From an uncultured delta proteobacterium (GTDB lineage Bacteria > Desulfobacterota > WTBG01 > CAIYCZ01 > CAIRTM01), in contig CAWDSQ010000016.1 of NCBI GenBank assembly GCA_963804955.1, positions 32,001-96,000 on the forward strand: DNA of 64,000 nucleotides. The letters run 5' to 3'. A model generated the notes under the pieces. The model did not search any database, had not been told where the DNA came from, and was given only the letters and a program-made list of their open reading frames with translations. Positions 54,215-62,794 of this stretch are shown here, piece after piece. The stretch's first letter is position 1, and every line of letters starts with the position of its first letter. The position numbers and the translations under genes are program-made.

Positions 54215-57200
54215 TCAACCTTCTTTCACATCACATCGTAAGCATCGGGTAACTTCCACCCTGGCTACATCAGGGGGATAGCACAGGGTAACTTCATCAA
54301 AGCTGCATCGTCGTGCTTCAGGGGAAACCATGGGCATGGGATTACGGTTTCCTCCCTGGGGCTCAACTGAAACCTCATTGTTGTACCTTACTTTCTTCAA
54401 CAACTCGCTTAGCCGGTCTTTGCCGGTAAGCTTTTTGTCAACAGCCATGGCAAACCTCTTGCCCTGTCCCATGGCGCCGCTCACCGTTAAAGGACCGGTC
54501 ACAAGATCGCCCCCGGCATACACACCGGAGATATTTGTTTCAAGGGTGAATGGGTCTACGGCAATAGTGCCGTTGCGGTTCAGTGTGACACCAATCCTGC
54601 CGATAAAATCAGAATCACACACCTGGCCGATGGCGGCAATTACCGTGTCACAGTCATAGGTGATTGTCTCATTATCGGACACCGGCACCCTCCTGCCTGC
54701 AAGGTCATAGTCACCGGGCCGCATCCTTGTGACAATAATGCCTTTTACCCTGCCGCTGCGTGCGAGTATTTTATGCGGACCAACAAGGGTCACAATCTTA
54801 ATTCCTTCTTCCTCTGCCTGGCTGATTTCTTCTTCTTCTGCAGGCATATCAGCCTTTTCGCGGCGGTAGAGAATGGTTACATCAGCGCCGAGGCGCTTTG
54901 CTACACGTGCTGAATCCATTGCCACGTTTCCACCGCCGATGACCACGGTTTTAGCCCCTACGGCAACATCTTTGCCAAGATTGACATCGCGGAGAAACTC
55001 AACGCCGCTCAGCACGCCCAGTGCTTCCTCGCCCTGAACCCGAAGCGGACTTTCTTTCTGGGCGCCGATGGCAAGAAAGATCGCATCATGCTCCTTTTTA
55101 AGCGTCCGCAGGTTCTTATCCCTGCCAACGGTTGTATTAAATTTAAAGGTAACTCCAAGCTTCTTAATCAGCTCAACTTCCTGATTCACCACCTTCTTGG
55201 GAAGTCGGAATTCCGGAATACCCCAGGTCAGCATGCCGCCGGCTGATGGACAGGCATCATACACCGTGACTTTATGGCCAAGCCGGGCAAGGTAGTATGC
55301 AGCGGTTAGGCCTGCAGGTCCTGCACCCACGATACCTATCTTTTTACGGGTTGGTTTTAACTTCCGCGGCTCAACCTTCCGCAGTTTCTTTGCCTTTCCG
55401 TTGTTAAACATGTAATCAGCAACAAACCGGTGAACTTCCCGCGTGGAAACCGTATCATCAACCTCATTGCGTCTGCACCTGCCCTGGCAGGGATGATGGC
55501 ATACGCGACCCGTGCTTGCCGGAAGGGGATTATCCTGAAGGATGAATTCATAGGCATCGGCAATCCTCCCTTCCTTGAGAAGGGTCAAATACCCGGGAAT
55601 GTTCATGTTGATCGGGCAGGCATTTTCACAAGGCGCAACAAACAGGCTTGCGCATGCTCCTGCCTGGCACCGGTTGTTCCTGATATGGTTTTCATATTCA
55701 TTCTTAAAATATCTAAGTGTCGTAAGAACCGGGTTTGGTGCGCTCTGGCCCAGACCGCACAGGGACGTTTTTTTAATAAGATTGCCGAGCTCCTCAAGTA
55801 CGGACAGATCCTCCATCTTCCCTTTGCCGTTGCAGATGTCAGTAAGAAGGGCAAGCATATGCTTGAGGCCTTCCCGGCAGGGTGCGCACTTGCCGCAAGA
55901 CTCTTCCTTGGTAAAATCAACAAAGTAGCGTGCCGTGTCAACCATGCAGGTGTCTTCATCCACCACAACCACACCGCCGGATCCCATAATGGAGCCAAGC
56001 TTTGTCAGGCTTTCATAATCAATTGGTGACTCAAAGTATGGCGCGGGAATACAGCCGCCAGATGGGCCTCCTGTCTGCACTGCTTTAATCTGCCGGCCCT
56101 CTACGCCGCCGCCGCCGATGTCATACACAAGGGTCTTCAATGACGTGCCGAAAGCAATTTCAGCAAGCCCTGCCTGGCTTATTTTGCCGACAAGGGAGAG
56201 CACCTTGGTGCCCTTGCTTGTCTCGGTACCGGTCTGGCTGAACCATGCCCCGCCCCGGGATATAATAACGGGGATATTGCACCAAGTCTCAACATTGTTG
56301 ATGTTTGTTGGTTTACCCCAGAGGCCTTTTTCTGCGGGAAACGGTGGGCGGCTACGGGAGCGGCCGGCAAAGCCCTCTATGGAGGATATCAGGGCTGTTT
56401 CCTCGCCGCACACAAATGCGCCGGCGCCTTTCACCATAATAATATCAAAAGAGAAGCCTGAACCGAGTATGTTTTTCCCCAGGAACCCATATGCCCGCAG
56501 CTGCTTAAGCGCATTCTGCAGCCGCTTGATTGCCAGCGGATATTCTTCGCGAATATAAATGATGCCTTCACTTGCCCCGATTGCATATGCGCCGATGATC
56601 ATACCCTCTAGCAGCATGCACGGGTCGCTTTCCATTTCATTGCGGTTCATATAGGCGCCGGGATCGCCTTCATCAGCATTGCAGATGATATATTTCTTTT
56701 CCCCTGCGGCATTGCGGGCAAACTTCCATTTCTGGCCCGTCGGGAAGCCTGCGCCGCCTCGTCCGCGAAGCCCTGCTTTAAGCACTTCATCAATAATCGC
56801 TTCAGGGGTCATAGCCGTGAGTGCTGTGTGCAGGGCTGAGAATCCGCCAACACCAATATACTCATCAATATCTTCAGGGTTGATAAACCCCGTATTTCTC
56901 AAAATAATCTTTGTCTGCTTTGAGAAAAACGGCACGTCGGCATAGGCCGTGATGTCGGCAAAACCTTTGCCATACTCAAGGACTGCGCCTTTTGTAATGT
57001 GATCCCATCTCTCAACCCGGCAGAGGGCTTTTTCCCGGCAGACATCATTTTTGACAAGCTTGTCAAGTATGGCCTTTGCATCTTCGGGCACAACACCTGA
57101 ATAAATAATCATCGGCATATCAGGAATGCTTACATTTACCAGGGGCTCCCTGGTGCAGTAGCCGATGCAGCCAACCTTGGTAAGCACCACATCAAGCTTT

Positions 57201-57373
57201 CTGCTCTTGATCTCTTCTTCCAGCGCGCGCATCACTTTATCTGCGCCTGCGGCAATTCCGCAGCTGGCGTAGCCCACTGCAATTCGGGGCTTTCCAGGGA
57301 AAATCTTCTTTAACCCTTCGTCTTTAATCTGCTTTAGATATGCTTGATGATGTAGTTTCACTTTTCTTCCCAC
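54215..57373 (-). CDS. NuoF/HydB-like FMN-NADH subunit fused to a GltD/NfnB-like FAD-NADP(H) domain
   Basis: Trx-like 2Fe-2S N-terminus; GRGGAGFPTG, NADEGDPGA, FVCGEETAL, ESCGKCAPC; then CENACP...GRVCHHPC, GAGPAG, GGGNVAMD, YRR, CLRCD. Confidence 0.92.
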   Translation of the reverse strand: MGRKVKLHHQAYLKQIKDEGLKKIFPGKPRIAVGYASCGIAAGADKVMRALEEEIKSRKLDVVLTKVGCIGYCTREPLVNVSIPDMPMIIYSGVVPEDAKAILDKLVKNDVCREKALCRVERWDHITKGAVLEYGKGFADITAYADVPFFSKQTKIILRNTGFINPEDIDEYIGVGGFSALHTALTAMTPEAIIDEVLKAGLRGRGGAGFPTGQKWKFARNAAGEKKYIICNADEGDPGAYMNRNEMESDPCMLLEGMIIGAYAIGASEGIIYIREEYPLAIKRLQNALKQLRAYGFLGKNILGSGFSFDIIMVKGAGAFVCGEETALISSIEGFAGRSRSRPPFPAEKGLWGKPTNINNVETWCNIPVIISRGGAWFSQTGTETSKGTKVLSLVGKISQAGLAEIAFGTSLKTLVYDIGGGGVEGRQIKAVQTGGPSGGCIPAPYFESPIDYESLTKLGSIMGSGGVVVVDEDTCMVDTARYFVDFTKEESCGKCAPCREGLKHMLALLTDICNGKGKMEDLSVLEELGNLIKKTSLCGLGQSAPNPVLTTLRYFKNEYENHIRNNRCQAGACASLFVAPCENACPINMNIPGYLTLLKEGRIADAYEFILQDNPLPASTGRVCHHPCQGRCRRNEVDDTVSTREVHRFVADYMFNNGKAKKLRKVEPRKLKPTRKKIGIVGAGPAGLTAAYYLARLGHKVTVYDACPSAGGMLTWGIPEFRLPKKVVNQEVELIKKLGVTFKFNTTVGRDKNLRTLKKEHDAIFLAIGAQKESPLRVQGEEALGVLSGVEFLRDVNLGKDVAVGAKTVVIGGGNVAMDSARVAKRLGADVTILYRREKADMPAEEEEISQAEEEGIKIVTLVGPHKILARSGRVKGIIVTRMRPGDYDLAGRRVPVSDNETITYDCDTVIAAIGQVCDSDFIGRIGVTLNRNGTIAVDPFTLETNISGVYAGGDLVTGPLTVSGAMGQGKRFAMAVDKKLTGKDRLSELLKKVRYNNEVSVEPQGGNRNPMPMVSPEARRCSFDEVTLCYPPDVARVEVTRCLRCDVKEG

Positions 57374-57840
57374 TCATATTGTTTCAGAATTTCAGGTAGT
57401 TTTTTAGGCGTTAAATAGCCATAAATAGTGCCGTCAACCATCATCACCGGCGCAAGACTGCAACACCCGAGACAGCGGGTGCTTTCAATCGTAAACAGCT
57501 TGTCATCGGTTGTGATTGACTTTTCATTTCTTTCTTCATGCCTAATCTTTAAAAGATCAAGCATGGCAGCCTTAAGCCTTGGCCCGCCTCGAACATGGCA
57601 ACTTGTACCTTCACAAACGGTGATTATGTGCTTACCCCGGGGTTTCAGGCTGAAGGCAGCATAAAACGTGCAGACGCTGAAGAGCTGAGAAAACGGAACC
57701 CCCATCTTCTCCCCCACATACTGCATTGCTTCTTTTGGCACATACCCTTCCTCTTCCTGAATTGCCTCCAGTGTGGACAAAACCTGCCCGGGCATATCCA
57801 CATACTGCTCAATAATTTTATCCAGTTTTCTTGCATCCAT
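57358..57840 (-). CDS. NuoE/HydC-like 2Fe-2S subunit
   Basis: VCTFY...VCEGTSCHVRG...CLGCCSLAP. Confidence 0.95.
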   Translation of the reverse strand: MDARKLDKIIEQYVDMPGQVLSTLEAIQEEEGYVPKEAMQYVGEKMGVPFSQLFSVCTFYAAFSLKPRGKHIITVCEGTSCHVRGGPRLKAAMLDLLKIRHEERNEKSITTDDKLFTIESTRCLGCCSLAPVMMVDGTIYGYLTPKKLPEILKQYEWEEK

Positions 57841-58078
57841 GGCTTACGTCTCTACTTTTGAATTAATACATTGATAAGACGAACAAATCAAAAAATCAGC
57901 TTTCCATTTATTTGTTCACACCACTCTACAAAGAACACCAGGGGGAATACGCCGGCATTCAAAAATCAGGCTGTCAATGTCTGATATCCTGCGGGTAAGC
58001 GGGGGCGACGAGAACTACCTCTTGTCCGTCACCAGTCCGATCCACCACCCGACAACAAACCATCGCAAAAAACTGTCG

Positions 58079-58184
58079 AAAAAAGCCTGAAGACACATCC
58101 CGATAATCTTCAGGCTTCCTTTGCACTATGGCGGGCCGGATATCTATCCGGCCTTTTCGGCCCACACCTAAAGGAACTCAGAAA
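58079..58184 (-). ncRNA. Variant Moco/Wco-like riboswitch candidate with fused intrinsic terminator (copy 2)
   Basis: TTTCTGAGTTCC...GGGCCGAAAAGGCCGGATAGATATCCGGCCCGCCATAGTGCAAAGGAAG + GCCTGAAGA...TCTTCAGGC-T6. Confidence 0.65.
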
Positions 58185-58290
58185 TCCCTATAAAGTAAGG
58201 TTTTTGTATATTTCAAAATATTAATCGTTTGTATATAAAACCAGCGTAACGCTGTCAACTTTTTTTATCATATTTCTTCCCTAGTCACCA

Positions 58291-58319
58291 TTGACGCATA
58301 GGCGTTTTTATTTTATACT
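58291..58319 (+). promoter_or_regulatory. Sigma-70 promoter of the rubrerythrin-like gene
   Basis: TTGACG-N17-TATACT. Confidence 0.6.
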
Positions 58320-58376
58320 GCGACAGTTCAAAAACCGAACGATCATTAACTTTATTAAATAGAAGGAACAGGCACC

Positions 58377-58829
58377 ATGGAGCAAAAAAAATTTAACGAA
58401 GTAATTGATTTTGCCATTGCAAGAGAAAAGGAAGCCGTAAAATTTTACCACGACCTGCAGGGCATAGTCCATTTTAAGGCAAGGCAGGAAATGCTTCGTG
58501 AGCTGGAAGATATGGAAAAAGGGCATGTGAAAACCCTTGAAGGTATCCGCAAGGGCTCCACCAAGATAACCGAAAGCCCAAAAGTTCAAGACATGAAAAT
58601 AAGCGACTATCTGGTTGAAGCACAACCCGCAGCTGATATGAGCTACCAGGACATTATAATTACCGCCATGAAGCGTGAGCAGGCAGCTGTCCAGCTGTAT
58701 ACAGACCTTGCCAACCGTTCCGCAGATGCCACCGTCAAGCAGCTGTTTTTAAATTTGACCGCCGAAGAGGCAAAACACAAGCTCAAATTTGAAAAAATTT
58801 ACAATGATGAAATATTAAAAGATAACTGA
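58377..58829 (+). CDS. Ferritin-like/rubrerythrin-family diiron protein
   Basis: Two E-x6-Y...ExxH half-domains (AIAREKEAVKFY...EKGH; AMKREQAAVQLY...EAKH). Confidence 0.9.
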   Translation: MEQKKFNEVIDFAIAREKEAVKFYHDLQGIVHFKARQEMLRELEDMEKGHVKTLEGIRKGSTKITESPKVQDMKISDYLVEAQPAADMSYQDIIITAMKREQAAVQLYTDLANRSADATVKQLFLNLTAEEAKHKLKFEKIYNDEILKDN

Positions 58830-58846
58830 GATCAAAGATTCAAGAT

Positions 58847-58886
58847 GCAAACACAAAGGGGCTCAAATGAGCCCCTTTGTGTTTGC
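58847..58886. terminator. Long bidirectional hairpin terminator
   Basis: GCAAACACAAAGGGGCTCA-AA-TGAGCCCCTTTGTGTTTGC between convergent genes. Confidence 0.8.
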
Positions 58887-58900
58887 TGTTGAACAACCAA

Positions 58901-60073
58901 TTACTTCTTCATGCTGACAATGATCTCGGTCGTCTTGGCGCCCTTGGCGATATGCGACTTAATCTTGAAGGATGCCTTCTTGTCGGTCCTAGTTGCCTTC
59001 AGAACGTTGGCAATAAAATCTTCGTCCATGGCGGCGAGATCCGCCTTGTAGGCAGGGGGCGCCTGCAGCATGTCTCCGACCTGCACAAAGGGGTCAGCCG
59101 CAGCGGTCAGGGTAACGGTGCCATCGGCATTTTGGGTCTGCGTGAAGGCAATGTATTTCTTCTTTTCGCAGTACGCGATAATGGAAGCGATGTCTTCGGC
59201 GGTCTTGATCTTGCCGATTTCCAGATCAAGCTTGGCGTCCTTCACCCACATTTTGGGGAAGGTCTGCCACAGCTTCAGGTAGATTTCCTTTGCCTTGGGC
59301 TTTACGTTCAGGAACAGCTGCAGCCAGGCAAGAAAATCGACAGCGAAAAAGCCCAGAAATGAGCCCGGGCCCTGCTCTTCGAAGGTGCGCTTCTGTTTTT
59401 TCAGAATATAGGCCACCGGCTCCTGTGTGCCCATTTCAAGATCGATGAACCGGCTTTCGACTTCGGGCAGGGGCAGATCGGGATTTGCGGCGCGGGTGCG
59501 CAGAATGATCTGACAGGCGCAGGCTGCGCCGTCGCGGCAGCGGCCGGAGGGCAGCTCGACAAGGATTTCTTCTTTGAGGCCGGCCTTCTTGGCTTTCTCA
59601 ATGAGCTCCCAGATATACACATAGGTAAGGTACACTTCCTGCCGGTAATAGTCGTGGCGGCAATAGGTGCAGTCTGCCGGGCCGTAGGCCGGATTTGCGC
59701 ACCACTGCACATGGCCCACATGCTCGGTTTCCGTATTGCGGCGGGTAATGTACAGCGCGGGCACGCCGGTAAAGCAGTCCTCGACAATGCGGCCCAGGGT
59801 GGGCAGGTCTTTTACTTCCTTCAAGCCGAACTTTGCCATGGCGCCGTCAAACGACATATCCGCCAGAGCGCCCCAGACATTGCCGTAATATTTCAGGCCG
59901 TCCTTCTCGCCAAGGGCGGGCTTGAAAGTGTTCCAGATATAATAGACATGCCCGAACAGAGACTTGAGTGCCTCTACCGTCAGGTCCTTCAGGCTCATTT
60001 TCAGGGCCTTGGCATGGGCATCCATGAACGGAAGAAACGGTGAGGGTGCTGATTTTGCTGCTTTGGTTGCCAT
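58901..60073 (-). CDS. Uncharacterised protein with two tandem V4R/ATC-hydrolase-like domains
   Basis: Helical bundle + 'VQWCANP...GRCRDGAACACQIIL'; second copy 'AADPF...HIAKGAKTTEIIV' lacking the Cys. Confidence 0.6.
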   Translation of the reverse strand: MATKAAKSAPSPFLPFMDAHAKALKMSLKDLTVEALKSLFGHVYYIWNTFKPALGEKDGLKYYGNVWGALADMSFDGAMAKFGLKEVKDLPTLGRIVEDCFTGVPALYITRRNTETEHVGHVQWCANPAYGPADCTYCRHDYYRQEVYLTYVYIWELIEKAKKAGLKEEILVELPSGRCRDGAACACQIILRTRAANPDLPLPEVESRFIDLEMGTQEPVAYILKKQKRTFEEQGPGSFLGFFAVDFLAWLQLFLNVKPKAKEIYLKLWQTFPKMWVKDAKLDLEIGKIKTAEDIASIIAYCEKKKYIAFTQTQNADGTVTLTAAADPFVQVGDMLQAPPAYKADLAAMDEDFIANVLKATRTDKKASFKIKSHIAKGAKTTEIIVSMKK

Positions 60074-60156
60074 GAAACTCTCCTTCAGTAAATAAGGTTT
60101 ATAGGGTTATATGCTGTAGTACGCGGCCAGGCAAAAAGCCTGTGCATCACCCTATC

Positions 60157-60186
60157 ATTATATAAATCTCAGCTTGCTATTGTCAA
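60157..60186 (-). promoter_or_regulatory. Consensus sigma-70 promoter
   Basis: TTGACA-N18-TATAAT on minus strand, upstream of 58901-60073. Confidence 0.7.
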
Positions 60187-60314
60187 ACAAAAATGAGCTT
60201 TAAAAGGACCGCGGCAGCTAGGGTTCGCCGGGGCGGCCGTTTCCAGGCGCCGTACTGCGCAAAGCGGCGCCCCTGCTGCGGTAGGCCGGTTTGCGTTTGC
60301 CTGCATGCAAAGGG

Positions 60315-60343
60315 TTGACTTTTGCTTTAAATCCGCCTATTAA
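60315..60343 (+). promoter_or_regulatory. Putative sigma-70 promoter for thiF/moeB-moaD
   Basis: TTGACT-N17-TATTAA. Confidence 0.45.
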
Positions 60344-60393
60344 AAATCACGTGCTTAAAAATTCTGAAAATCCGTACGCTGGATGACCGCCCC

Positions 60394-61137
60394 ATGCATT
60401 TAAGCCAACAGGAACAAGACCGCTACTGCCGTCAGATGCTCATGCCGGGGTGGGGCCAGGAAGCTCAACTCCGAATAAAGCAGTCCCGGGTTTTTATCGC
60501 CGGCGCAGGCGGGCTTGGCAGCCCCGTATCTATTTATCTCGCGGTTGCCGGCATAGGCACACTGCGCATCTGCGACTGCGGCGAGTTGGAGCTGTCAAAC
60601 CTGAACCGGCAAATACTGCATGACGACAGCCGCATCGGGTGGAACAAGGCCCTCTCTGCCAAAGCAACGCTTGAGAGGATGAATCCCGATATAACCGTCG
60701 AGGCTCTGCAGGAACAAATCACTGCCGACAGCGTTGCCGGGCTTATCGGCAACGCTGATTTGATACTGGACTGCCTGGATAATTTCCCGACCCGGCACAT
60801 TATCAATGCATACGCCGTGAACAAAGGCATCCCGGTCATTCATGCCGGGGTATACGGCATGCAGGGCCAGATAACCTTTATAAAGGCGCCGGAAACGCCC
60901 TGCCTGTGGTGCATCAGCGCGGGCACGCCTGCTGCCGTATTTCCGATTGTGGGAGCTACGGCAGGCGTCATCGGTTGCATGGAAGCGCTTGAGGCGATAA
61001 AGTATCTCGGCGGCGTCGGCACAAATCTTAAGGACCGGCTCCTGATCTGGGATGGAGAAAAAATTGAGTTCATGGAGCTGCCCCAGAAAAAAATCGCCGA
61101 CTGCCCCGTTTGCGGACATCTCAATACCACGGGCTGA
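60394..61137 (+). CDS. moeB: ThiF/MoeB family adenylyltransferase (E1-like)
   Basis: RYCRQ, GAGGLGS, SNLNRQILH, DCLDN, CLWC, CPVC. Confidence 0.9.
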   Translation: MHLSQQEQDRYCRQMLMPGWGQEAQLRIKQSRVFIAGAGGLGSPVSIYLAVAGIGTLRICDCGELELSNLNRQILHDDSRIGWNKALSAKATLERMNPDITVEALQEQITADSVAGLIGNADLILDCLDNFPTRHIINAYAVNKGIPVIHAGVYGMQGQITFIKAPETPCLWCISAGTPAAVFPIVGATAGVIGCMEALEAIKYLGGVGTNLKDRLLIWDGEKIEFMELPQKKIADCPVCGHLNTTG

Positions 61138-61192
61138 GTGAACAGCCACACGACAACAGAACTTATAAAAATCAACCGGAGTTTAAAAATGT

Positions 61193-61501
61193 ATGGCAAA
61201 AATTTCCTGCAAGTATTTTGTTAATGTGCTGGGGGCTACGAAAAAAGACGGTGAAATCGTCGAGGTCCCGGACGGGATGATCGTTGAGCAGTTTTTGGAT
61301 TTCATGTCGGAGAAGTACGGCGCCGAGTTTGCCAGGCATGTGTATGCAACCGGCACCCTGTCGGGCGAGCCTTTCAAAACGCCCAATATCTACCTGAACA
61401 AGCGGCGCATTCAGTGGGTGCAGGATTTCCCCGAAGGGATAAAAACAAAAATCAAAGACGGCGATGAGTTCTGGTTCGGCCTCATCGTAGGCGGGGGCTG
61501 A
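61193..61501 (+). CDS. MoaD/ThiS family ubiquitin-like sulfur carrier
   Basis: Beta-grasp pattern, IKDGDE, C-terminal VGGG; follows the E1-like gene. Confidence 0.88.
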   Translation: MAKISCKYFVNVLGATKKDGEIVEVPDGMIVEQFLDFMSEKYGAEFARHVYATGTLSGEPFKTPNIYLNKRRIQWVQDFPEGIKTKIKDGDEFWFGLIVGGG

Positions 61502-61550
61502 TGGGGCTGCTGCGTGCCGAACCGCCGGTTACTTCCCGCGCTCTGGCTGG

Positions 61551-62447
61551 TCAGGCCCTGAGCTTCAGCACATAATCCCGGAAAGCCTTTCCAAGGGGCG
61601 ACAGCGAGCGCTTGCGGTCGGTCACCACGTAAAACACCCGGGCGAAGGTATGCCCGGCCACCGTGATGATGCGCAGTAGACCGTGGCCGACCTCATCCAC
61701 GACAGCCCGGCGGGAAATGAAAGCGACCCCCACCCCCGAGCGCACGGCATGCTTGAGAGCCGCTGTGCTGCCCATCTCGGCGCTGACCAGCAGCTGGCCG
61801 GGATTGATGCCCGCCTCCCGCAGATTGATCTCCATGCTCATGCGCGATCCAGACCCCTGCTCGCGCATCACCAGCGGCTCACGGGCAAGCTCCTCCAGGG
61901 ACACTTCTTTTTTTGCCCACCACCGGTGCCTGCGCGGAACGATCAGCACCTGCTCGTCATCGGCAAATTTTGCATACTGCAGATGCTCGTCCTTAATGCG
62001 GCCGCCCACAATGCCCAGCTCAAGATTTCTGCTCAGCAGCTCCTGCACAATGACTGCCGTGTCGGCTATGCGCATAGTGATCTGAATAGCGGGATACAGG
62101 CCTTTAAAATCACCCAGCAGCGGCGGCAGAATATATTCTCCCGGTATGGTGCTTGCCCCGATCACGAGATGGCCGGACTTCCTGCCCTTAAAATGATCAA
62201 GCGCCTGAACGGCTTCATCCTGCAAAATTATGATCTGGCGGGCATAGGTATACAGCAGCTCGCCGGCTTTGGTAAGGGTTATGTCGCGGTCGGCGCGGTC
62301 AAACAGCGGCAGGCCCACAAACTGCTCGAGGGCGGCAATATGCTGGCTTACCGTGGGCTGCGTGAGATACAGCTCATGGGCTGCACGCGAAAAACTTTTC
62401 AGCTCGGCAATTTTTAAAAAAATTTTCAGGCGGTGGGTATCAAGCAT
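61551..62447 (-). CDS. LysR-family regulator (CysL / selenium-metabolism-associated-like)
   Basis: SFSRAAHELYLTQPTVSQHI, GASTIPGEYILP, REQGSGSR. Confidence 0.9.
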   Translation of the reverse strand: MLDTHRLKIFLKIAELKSFSRAAHELYLTQPTVSQHIAALEQFVGLPLFDRADRDITLTKAGELLYTYARQIIILQDEAVQALDHFKGRKSGHLVIGASTIPGEYILPPLLGDFKGLYPAIQITMRIADTAVIVQELLSRNLELGIVGGRIKDEHLQYAKFADDEQVLIVPRRHRWWAKKEVSLEELAREPLVMREQGSGSRMSMEINLREAGINPGQLLVSAEMGSTAALKHAVRSGVGVAFISRRAVVDEVGHGLLRIITVAGHTFARVFYVVTDRKRSLSPLGKAFRDYVLKLRA

Positions 62448-62794
62448 CTTCAACTCCTGTATTATGATAGTGCGTGCAGCTGTTATAGCCCAGAGCTCCT
62501 CTTCTGCCAAGCTCCCTTTTTGCTCGAGCGCTGCCGGCTGGCTTGTATGGAAAGTTGGGGCTGCGGGACAGAAGAAGCTGCTCAGCCCCCTGCCAGAAGG
62601 GCTGCCGCGGCGGCGGGAAACAGGGATACAGAAAAAGTTTGCTTGCTTGAAAAATCCGGTGGTCAACTGGGGCGTGTCCGCCGTTAGCGGGCAGACAAAA
62701 AAGAGGTCTTATTACGATTTCATCGCTTTTTATGCTCGTACCACCTGCAGAAGAACTCTTTTCTTCGTGTTCTCTGCGCTTCGGCTGTGCGCTT

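Noticed and set aside
46928..57840. Class II benzoyl-CoA reductase (BamB-I) cluster
   Set aside because: No Hdr-like BamDE or MvhD-like BamF, and the AOR N-terminus does not look BamB-like; only the NuoEFG-like part resembles BamGHI.
60215..60300. GCTAGGGTTC start resembling a ykkC/guanidine-I riboswitch
   Set aside because: Downstream conserved elements (GGUCCRAG, CGGNGGGAUAAAAGCCCG) are absent.
50998..62447. Selenoproteins, suggested by the selenium-associated-type LysR
   Set aside because: No in-frame TGA at a conserved Cys position was seen in the neighbouring oxidoreductases.
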